Positions 56,910 to 64,000 of a stretch of DNA of 64,000 bases are shown here, one piece after another. Below the pieces are notes generated by a model that saw only the letters and a list, made by a program, of their open reading frames with translations, was not told where the DNA came from and made no database searches. How positions within the stretch are numbered: position 1 is the first letter of the stretch; every line of letters starts with the position of its first letter. Position numbers and translations under genes: made by a program. The stretch comes from a virus: positions 13,156 to 77,155 of the IMG/VR virus record IMGVR_UViG_3300009506_000014; one strand, 5' to 3'.

Positions 56910-58655
56910 ATGTCAGTGACAAATTATGATTTAAGTGTTATAATTCCGGCAAGGAATGAAATGTTTTTGAAAAGGACAATAGAAGATGCCCTTAACAAGA
57001 AACGTGGCAAAACTGAAGTTATTGTTATTCTTGATGGTTATTGGCCTGAAGAGAGTATTGAAGATAATCAGGACTTGACAATTATTCATCATTCGTCATC
57101 AATAGGTCAGAGACAGGCTTGCAATGAAGGGGTGAGAGTTTCAAACGCCAAGTATATAATGAAGCTTGACGCTCATTGTATATTGGATGAGGGCTTCGAT
57201 GTCAAGCTTATGGCTGATTGTGAATATGACTGGACAGTTGTCCCCCGGATGTATAATCTTCATGCCTTTGATATGGTATGTCAAGATTGTGGTAGGAGAA
57301 ATAGTCAAGGTAAAATAATTTGCCAAAATGAAAAATGCAAGAGTAAAAATCTTGTCATGGATATTATCTGGCGTCCTAAAAAACATGCAAGTGACTTTAT
57401 GTGGTTTGACACTACATTGAAATTCCGATACTTTGACAGGAATGCTCTTGAACCTTATATAATAGATGGAGACATTCGCAAAACAAAGGAATACTATAGC
57501 CACAACTACAGACCTGAGCAGACTAAGCCTGATATAGCAGACCAAATGACATGTTTGGGGGCTTGTTGGTTTTTGCAAAGAGACAGATATTGGGAGCTTG
57601 GAGGGATGGATGAGGGACATGGTTCTTGGGGACAAATGGGTGTGGAGCTTGCTTGTAAAACTTGGCTTAGCGGAGGGCGTCAAGTTGTCAATAAGAAAAC
57701 TTGGTTTGCTCATCTATTCAGAACACAAGACACATTCAAGTTTCCATACCCATTAAGTCAAGCTGAGACAGATTATGCACGAGTGTATTCACGTGACTTG
57801 TGGCTTAATGATAAATGGCCCGGAGCAAAGCGGCCCTTGAATTGGCTTATTAATCATTTTGCTCCACTTCCCGGATGGGACAAAATGAATTTGGATGCTG
57901 TAAAGGAAGTGACCCTTGATGAAATAATCCCAAAAGAAGAAGAGACAAAAAAGGGAATTGTTTATTATACCGATAATAGAGCCAGTGAACGGATTCTTAT
58001 GGCGTCACGCAATCAATTGCTTCATATAAGCAATGGAATACCGATTGTCTCTGTTAGTCTTTACCCGATTGAGTTTGGGGACTTGAATATTGTGCTTGAT
58101 GAAAAGCGTGGAAGGCTCACAATGTTTAAGCAGATATTTGAGGGACTTTGTAATATCAAGTGTGACTATGTATTTTTATGTGAACATGATATGCTTTATC
58201 ATCCGAGTCACTTTGAATTTATTCCACCAAGGGATGATGTTTATTATTATAATGTCAATACTTGGAAGGTCGATGAAGAGTCGGGACATGCTTTATTTTA
58301 TATAACACAGCAGACATCGGGACTTGTTGCTTATAGTGGATTGCTTGGAGAGCATTATGCCAAGAGGATTGAGCGTGTGGAACGTGAAGGCTATAATAAT
58401 AGAATGGGATATGAGCCGGGGACACATTCAACGCCAAGAGGTATTGATGACTTCAAAGCTGAATCATTTATGAGTGACTATCCAAATATTGATATACGTC
58501 ACAAACATAATCTCACAAGAAGTCGATGGAGACAAGACCAGTTTAGGTCACAGCGTTCCTGTAGAGGATGGACAGAAAGTGATGGTGTTCCGGGATGGGG
58601 ACAGACCGAAGGTTGTTTTGAGGATTTGTTGTCAACTATTATAAGGAATGTTTAG
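56910..58655 (+). CDS. two-domain glycosyltransferase: GT27-like plus GT-A-like
   Basis: IIPARNE, LDAHC, LGGMDEG..SWG...ELACKTWLSGG, AHLFR; C-domain IVYYTDN...CEHDMLY. Confidence 0.8.
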   Translation: MSVTNYDLSVIIPARNEMFLKRTIEDALNKKRGKTEVIVILDGYWPEESIEDNQDLTIIHHSSSIGQRQACNEGVRVSNAKYIMKLDAHCILDEGFDVKLMADCEYDWTVVPRMYNLHAFDMVCQDCGRRNSQGKIICQNEKCKSKNLVMDIIWRPKKHASDFMWFDTTLKFRYFDRNALEPYIIDGDIRKTKEYYSHNYRPEQTKPDIADQMTCLGACWFLQRDRYWELGGMDEGHGSWGQMGVELACKTWLSGGRQVVNKKTWFAHLFRTQDTFKFPYPLSQAETDYARVYSRDLWLNDKWPGAKRPLNWLINHFAPLPGWDKMNLDAVKEVTLDEIIPKEEETKKGIVYYTDNRASERILMASRNQLLHISNGIPIVSVSLYPIEFGDLNIVLDEKRGRLTMFKQIFEGLCNIKCDYVFLCEHDMLYHPSHFEFIPPRDDVYYYNVNTWKVDEESGHALFYITQQTSGLVAYSGLLGEHYAKRIERVEREGYNNRMGYEPGTHSTPRGIDDFKAESFMSDYPNIDIRHKHNLTRSRWRQDQFRSQRSCRGWTESDGVPGWGQTEGCFEDLLSTIIRNV

Positions 58656-58675
58656 AGAAATGAAAGGGATAAAAT

Positions 58676-59116
58676 ATGCTTCCTGCTTACTATAGATTTA
58701 GAGTGCTTAATAAAACCGACCAGATATTGACTTATGCCAATGGTGCAAGAGTTGATGTCAAAGCTACACCTTGGAAGATGACAGCCGGGGCTATGGCTTA
58801 TGGGACAGCTATTGAGGACAGCACATCCATATTAAATACAGGAGAGACAATAGCAGTTGATGGTGAGGCTGCTGGTGACGTTCATAATAATTCTTCTGAT
58901 AAATTTTGTGGACTCAAAGGTGTCTTCAAAATTATATCAGACCAGACAAGCACTGATGGAGCTTTTTATCTTTATATGGAAGAGTCACCAGATAATGTTA
59001 TATGGCCGAGTGACTTATCTGCTTTCAGTATTACAAAGCATTGTATTTTAGTTGCTGTTTTAGAAGTGGCAACAACCGGAACAAACAAAGGAGCAGCCGT
59101 TAATTTTGAGATTTGA
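58676..59116 (+). CDS. putative virion structural protein
   Basis: beta-rich composition in the late operon. Confidence 0.55.
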   Translation: MLPAYYRFRVLNKTDQILTYANGARVDVKATPWKMTAGAMAYGTAIEDSTSILNTGETIAVDGEAAGDVHNNSSDKFCGLKGVFKIISDQTSTDGAFYLYMEESPDNVIWPSDLSAFSITKHCILVAVLEVATTGTNKGAAVNFEI

Positions 59117-60276
59117 TTATGTCATCATTAGTATTGCCAGAAAGAAAAATATTAAAGCCACCTTTGGGTGCAAGGCTTAATCCGTATAACAAATACTCAA
59201 GACGGACAATAGCTATGTATCTTTTCAATGAGGGTGGTGGTGACTTCGTTTATAATGTTGTCGATAATACTGTATCAAACAAAACGGCAGGGACGGGAGT
59301 ATGGACAGAGGGTAAGTTTGGAAAAGGACATAGTTTTAATGCTAACACTAATTTTATGCACAGTGTCAAATATCCGAAGATAGATTCAATACCAATGAGT
59401 CTTATTGTCTGGTGTCGTTCAAATCAATTGTCCACAGACCACATACCAATATGTGTGAATAAGGACAGTACCCCTGTAAGATGTATTTTAGATTTGAATG
59501 GTTTAGGGAGTGGAGAAATTCTTGCTAATCAACGTGGTAGTGCCACTGTCTATGCTACGGCGACAAAATCAATGGAAATTGGAGTATGGCATCAATGTGT
59601 TGGTGTTTTTGTGTCACAATTTGAGAGACATGCTTATATAGACGGGGGAAATAAAGGTTCAAATTATGGGGATTCAGGTGGAATGTCTGCTATTGATACA
59701 ATACAGATAGGATGTGATTGGAGTCAATTGTATGATTTCAATGGTGACATAGACCATATTGTAATTATCAAAGGGGCTTTAAGTGATAATGAGGTTGCCG
59801 AATTATATAGGTCACCATTTATTATGTTTGATTGGAGTGATATTATACTTCTTAGTGGTGACCCACTGGCAATTTATTCAAGAGGGAGTGAAATGTCATT
59901 ACCAACAGATAATGACAATGATTTGGAGAATGCTTTTACGGAGAGTGAATATAGCGACATCGCTGCTGATGATTCGGTTAGGGTGCTACAAAGTGCTACG
60001 GATGAGTTTTCGATATTCTTATTTAAGGATAAGAATACATCACAGCAGAATATTAGTGTGACATGGAATGGACAGTCGGATGTGGCTCCTACACAATCAA
60101 CAGTTTATTTACAAATTTTCAACAGGAATTCAAATGTTTGGGAGACACTTAATAGTAATAGTGTGGCTGCTGCTAATGTTGATTTTACATTGATAGGGAC
60201 AAAGACTACAAATCTGAGTCATTATTTTGATGATAATAATCGTATATCTTGTAGGGTTTATCAGGAAGCTAAATAG
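59113..60276 (+). CDS. LamG/concanavalin A-like lectin-domain virion protein
   Basis: [28 protein letters not shown]...[11 protein letters not shown]. Confidence 0.8.
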   Translation: MIMSSLVLPERKILKPPLGARLNPYNKYSRRTIAMYLFNEGGGDFVYNVVDNTVSNKTAGTGVWTEGKFGKGHSFNANTNFMHSVKYPKIDSIPMSLIVWCRSNQLSTDHIPICVNKDSTPVRCILDLNGLGSGEILANQRGSATVYATATKSMEIGVWHQCVGVFVSQFERHAYIDGGNKGSNYGDSGGMSAIDTIQIGCDWSQLYDFNGDIDHIVIIKGALSDNEVAELYRSPFIMFDWSDIILLSGDPLAIYSRGSEMSLPTDNDNDLENAFTESEYSDIAADDSVRVLQSATDEFSIFLFKDKNTSQQNISVTWNGQSDVAPTQSTVYLQIFNRNSNVWETLNSNSVAAANVDFTLIGTKTTNLSHYFDDNNRISCRVYQEAK

Positions 60277-63200
60277 TGGCGACTGAAAAAAGAAATATAA
60301 GTGCTTTAGATGTCAATGCATCAATAACATGGACGAATGACTCGAATGCTTATGTTGAAGATGACAACTATGCTTATACTTCCGATTTTGTTGCTACCGG
60401 AATTTATGGTGGTGGTAATTTTCAAGACATTACACAGTCCCCCGATGTAACTGGACTGACAGATTTTAGAGTTAGATTTTTTGATGTCAACTCAGAACAC
60501 GTAAATGATACATATACTTTAGAAGTATATAATCCTCAGACTACAGCATGGGAAGTATTGGAGACATTCAATTCAGGAAATCTTCTACCAACGAGTTTGA
60601 CAACTAAAGATTATACATCGGCAATGCAGACTAAATATTCTGCCGCCAGTGACAAATCAGCATTTCTTAATGGTTTGCAAATAAGATTTCAATGCACAGC
60701 TAAATCTGCTGGATGGGACAATGTCAATATAGGTCTTGCATGGGCAAACTTTACTTATTCCTATACATTAGTTGTTCCTTCACCTTCAGTGTCTCCTTCG
60801 GCTTCGGAGTCACCAAGTGTGAGTCCAAGTGCATCTGAGTCACCTTCAGTGTCCCCAAGTGCATCTGCATCACCTTCAGTGTCTCCTTCGGCTTCGGAGT
60901 CACCGAGTATAAGCCCAAGTGCATCTGAGTCACCTTCAATATCTCCTTCAGCTTCGGTGTCCCCTTCGGCTTCAGAGTCTCCAAGTATTTCACCATCAGC
61001 TTCCGAGTCTCCGAGTATATCTCCTTCACCTTCGATATCTCCAAGTGCTTCGGAGTCGCCTTCGATATCTCCAAGTGCTTCGGAGTCGCCTTCAGTGTCC
61101 CCAAGTGCTTCGGAGTCACCAAGTGTGAGTCCGAGTGCGTCTGAGTCTCCAAGTATAAGCCCAAGTGCGTCTGAGTCACCTTCAATATCTCCTTCAGCTT
61201 CGGTATCTCCATCATCTTCAATAAGTCCAAGTATATATGACCCATATATACGTGACGATTTTTATGATGTGAATTGGTCACAAACTGGATGGGTTGATTT
61301 AAGAAATCTAATTGCCTATCAAACAGCGTCACAAGGTAATTCATTTACAACACTAAGTGTTGCTGACCCTGATAATCTTGGCCCTGTACTTGACCAAAAG
61401 CTTGATAGCTCAGCAATACCCCTTGCTGGTGCAGACTTTGTTAAGGTCATTGGTGACATTGCTTATATCTGTGCTGTTTATGATAATACTGTCCTTTTAT
61501 TTAATATAAAAAGTCCTTCAAATATACAATTGGTCAAGTCAATAACCAACGGCCCTGATGAAGATGGTTACTTAACGGGATGTGTTGGTGCTGCTATTGT
61601 TGACAACATTGGTGGTTATGGCCGTGTTATGTTTGTTTGTGGTTATATGGGACAGTGTATAACAGCTATTGATGTGACCAATCCGTCCACTGCTTATATA
61701 ATAAGCAGTTATAAGGATGCTACAAATTTGGATGGAGCATTAACCTGTTCATACAAACCGGGGACAGGAAGGCTTTATATTGCTTGTCGTGGCAGTGATT
61801 GTATCACAGTTATGAATGTCTCCAATCCTGCAAGTATGTCATTTGTTTATAAATTAGATGACCCTGTGTTGTTAAGAATGACAAATTTGGGTGGTTTGCC
61901 GGAGTTTGATGATGACTATTTATATGCTCCTGATGGCAATGCTAATTGTATCAATATAGTAAATGCAAGTAATGTAGATGTCCCTTATATAGAAGGGTAT
62001 GTCAAACATGATACAATATTAGATAGAGTGCTGACAGTTGCAATTGTATTTCCCGGAACGGATATTGTGGCTTCCGGGTATGACTCAGATTGTGTTTCAC
62101 ACATAAAGGTGACAAATAAGGCAAGTCCCTATATTGTTGACTATTTACAAGACCATGTTTTATTAAATGGGTCTGATGATATTAGGTGGTATCATAATGA
62201 TGCTTATGTCACTGCTGGTTATGGACAAAGATTGACAGTCGTGCATTTCCCATTATTAGACACGGATGTTTCACCATCAGCATCAATGTCGCCTTCACCT
62301 TCGGTGTCTCCGTCAGCTTCCGAGTCACCTTCGATATCTCCTTCGGCTTCGGTGTCTCCGTCAGCTTCGGAGTCACCTTCAATATCTCCTTCGGCTTCCG
62401 AGTCGCCTTCAATGTCTCCTTCGGCTTCCGAGTCGCCTTCAGTGTCCCCAAGTATAAGTCCGAGTGCATCTGCATCACCTTCAGTGTCTCCATCACCTTC
62501 GGCTTCGATATCTCCATCAGCCTCAATATCTCCGAGTGCGTCTGAGTCACCGAGTATATCTCCTTCGGCTTCGGTGTCTCCATCATCTTCAGAATCGCCA
62601 AGTGTAAGTCCAAGCTCTTCTGCGTCACCTTCATTGCCACCACCTGTGACAATAAATTTGAGAACAGACTATTGGAGTGTTTCTTTTACTACAGGACAAT
62701 CACCTTCGGTGTCTCCGTCAGCTTCCGAGTCACCTTCGATATCTCCTTCGGCTTCCGAGTCACCTTCGGTGTCTCCGTCAGCTTCCGAGTCACCTTCGAT
62801 ATCTCCTTCGGCTTCGGTGTCTCCTTCGGCTTCAGAGTCTCCAAGTATATCTCCGAGTGCTTCGGTGTCTCCTTCGGCTTCAGAGTCACCTTCAGTATCT
62901 CCTTCGGCTTCAGTGTCTCCGTCAGCTTCAGAGTCACCTTCAATATCTCCGAGTGCTTCGGAATCACCGAGTATAAGCCCAAGTGCTTCGGAGTCACCAA
63001 GTGTGAGTCCGAGTGCGTCTGAGTCTCCAAGTATAAGCCCAAGTGCTTCGGTGTCTCCGTCATCTTCTGAGTCTCCAAGTATATCCCATTCGGCTTCGGC
63101 TTCGATATCTCCTTCGGCTTCCGAGTCACCTTCAGTGTCTCCTTCGGCTTCCGAGTCACCTTCGGTGTCTCCGTCAGCTTCGGAGTCCCCAAGTATAAGT

Positions 63201-64000
63201 CCAAGTGCTTCAGTATCTCCTTCGGCTTCCGAGTCACCTTCGGTGTCTCCGTCAGCTTCCGAGTCACCAAGTATAAGTCCAAGTGCTTCAATATCTCCTT
63301 CGGTGTCTCCGTCAGCTTCGGAGTCCCCAAGTATAAGTCCAAGTGCTTCAGTATCTCCTTCGGCTTCAGAGTCACCTTCAGTGTCTCCTTCGGCTTCCGA
63401 GTCACCTTCGGTGTCTCCTTCGGCTTCCGAGTCACCTTCGGTGTCTCCTTCGGCTTCAGAGTCACCTTCAATATCTCCGAGTGCTTCAGTGTCTCCTTCG
63501 GCTTCGGAGTCACCAAGTATATCTCCAAGTGCTTCCGAGTCACCTTCAATATCTCCTTCGGCTTCGGTGTCTCCATCATCTTCAGAATCGCCAAGTATAT
63601 CTCATTCGGCTTCGGCTTCAATATCTCCTTCGGCTTCAGAGTCACCTTCAATATCTCCGAGTGCTTCGGTGTCTCCAAGTGCTTCGGAGTCACCAAGTAT
63701 ATCTCCAAGTGCTTCCGAGTCACCTTCAATATCTCCGAGTGCTTCGGTGTCTCCATCATCTTCAGAATCGCCAAGTATATCTCCAAGTGCCTCAGAGTCC
63801 CCAAGTGTGAGTCCGAGTGCCTCAGAGTCTCCAAGTATATCTCCAAGTGCTTCGGAGTCACCAAGTATAAGTCCAAGTGCATCTGAGTCACCAAGTATAA
63901 GTCCAAGTGCATCTGAGTCACCAAGTATAAGTCCAAGTGCTTCGGAGTCACCAAGTATAAGTCCAAGTGCTTCGGAGTCACCAAGTATAAGTCCAAGTGC
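60276..64000 (+). CDS. giant Ser/Pro-rich (mucin-like) protein with LVIVD-type beta-propeller; 3' truncated by the window and missing from the ORF track
   Basis: GTG overlapping the upstream TAG; open frame MATEKRNIS...; SPS(A/V/I)SES repeats; [38 protein letters not shown]. Confidence 0.85.
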   Translation, partial: MATEKRNISALDVNASITWTNDSNAYVEDDNYAYTSDFVATGIYGGGNFQDITQSPDVTGLTDFRVRFFDVNSEHVNDTYTLEVYNPQTTAWEVLETFNSGNLLPTSLTTKDYTSAMQTKYSAASDKSAFLNGLQIRFQCTAKSAGWDNVNIGLAWANFTYSYTLVVPSPSVSPSASESPSVSPSASESPSVSPSASASPSVSPSASESPSISPSASESPSISPSASVSPSASESPSISPSASESPSISPSPSISPSASESPSISPSASESPSVSPSASESPSVSPSASESPSISPSASESPSISPSASVSPSSSISPSIYDPYIRDDFYDVNWSQTGWVDLRNLIAYQTASQGNSFTTLSVADPDNLGPVLDQKLDSSAIPLAGADFVKVIGDIAYICAVYDNTVLLFNIKSPSNIQLVKSITNGPDEDGYLTGCVGAAIVDNIGGYGRVMFVCGYMGQCITAIDVTNPSTAYIISSYKDATNLDGALTCSYKPGTGRLYIACRGSDCITVMNVSNPASMSFVYKLDDPVLLRMTNLGGLPEFDDDYLYAPDGNANCINIVNASNVDVPYIEGYVKHDTILDRVLTVAIVFPGTDIVASGYDSDCVSHIKVTNKASPYIVDYLQDHVLLNGSDDIRWYHNDAYVTAGYGQRLTVVHFPLLDTDVSPSASMSPSPSVSPSASESPSISPSASVSPSASESPSISPSASESPSMSPSASESPSVSPSISPSASASPSVSPSPSASISPSASISPSASESPSISPSASVSPSSSESPSVSPSSSASPSLPPPVTINLRTDYWSVSFTTGQSPSVSPSASESPSISPSASESPSVSPSASESPSISPSASVSPSASESPSISPSASVSPSASESPSVSPSASVSPSASESPSISPSASESPSISPSASESPSVSPSASESPSISPSASVSPSSSESPSISHSASASISPSASESPSVSPSASESPSVSPSASESPSISPSASVSPSASESPSVSPSASESPSISPSASISPSVSPSASESPSISPSASVSPSASESPSVSPSASESPSVSPSASESPSVSPSASESPSISPSASVSPSASESPSISPSASESPSISPSASVSPSSSESPSISHSASASISPSASESPSISPSASVSPSASESPSISPSASESPSISPSASVSPSSSESPSISPSASESPSVSPSASESPSISPSASESPSISPSASESPSISPSASESPSISPSASESPSISPSASESPSISPS
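60775..61235 (+). repeat. SPSASESPS(V/I) coding repeats, block 1
   Basis: recurring 12/18/30-nt units such as tcaccttcagtg and gcttcggag. Confidence 0.9.
62270..64000 (+). repeat. SPSASESPS(V/I) coding repeats, blocks 2-3
   Basis: about 1.7 kb of degenerate repeats with a short unique linker near 62640-62700. Confidence 0.9.

Noticed and set aside
60751-63996. Minus-strand and other-frame repeat ORFs in the track (e.g. 62689..63996)
   Set aside because: Shadows of the + strand Ser/Pro ORF, which the track missed because it has no stop in the window

Overview
This window is part of a large tailed dsDNA bacteriophage genome (Caudoviricetes), probably uncultured, using the standard genetic code. 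It has four blocks. (i) 148-6476 (+): glycosyltransferases, methyltransferases and a radical SAM enzyme. (ii) 6615-39537 (-): early and replication genes (split SbcC plus SbcD, Holliday junction resolvase, 5'-3' exonuclease, RecA, gp32-like SSB, clamp loader, split family-A DNA polymerase with a UDG-exonuclease half, clamp, helicase, initiator, primase, SNF2, sigma factor, MoxR/VWA). (iii) About 39.6-40.4 kb: a divergent control region. (iv) 40412-64000 (+): terminase, portal, head and neck genes, a second glycosyltransferase cluster and a giant Ser/Pro-repeat protein running off the end. Best finds: (1) a nuclease-less IS110/Nop-domain protein flanked on both sides by mini-arrays of 9-nt spacers between TG..CC(A/T) repeats, matching a TIGR-Tas-type RNA-guided system; (2) an unannotated tatA-like gene plus four clustered late genes, including TerL, with twin-arginine leaders; (3) ppGalNAc-transferase-like enzymes next to a mucin-like protein; (4) a probable -1 frameshift (A_AAA_AAG) adding a Cys4 domain to the SSB. 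All calls come from motif recognition by eye; no searches were run.
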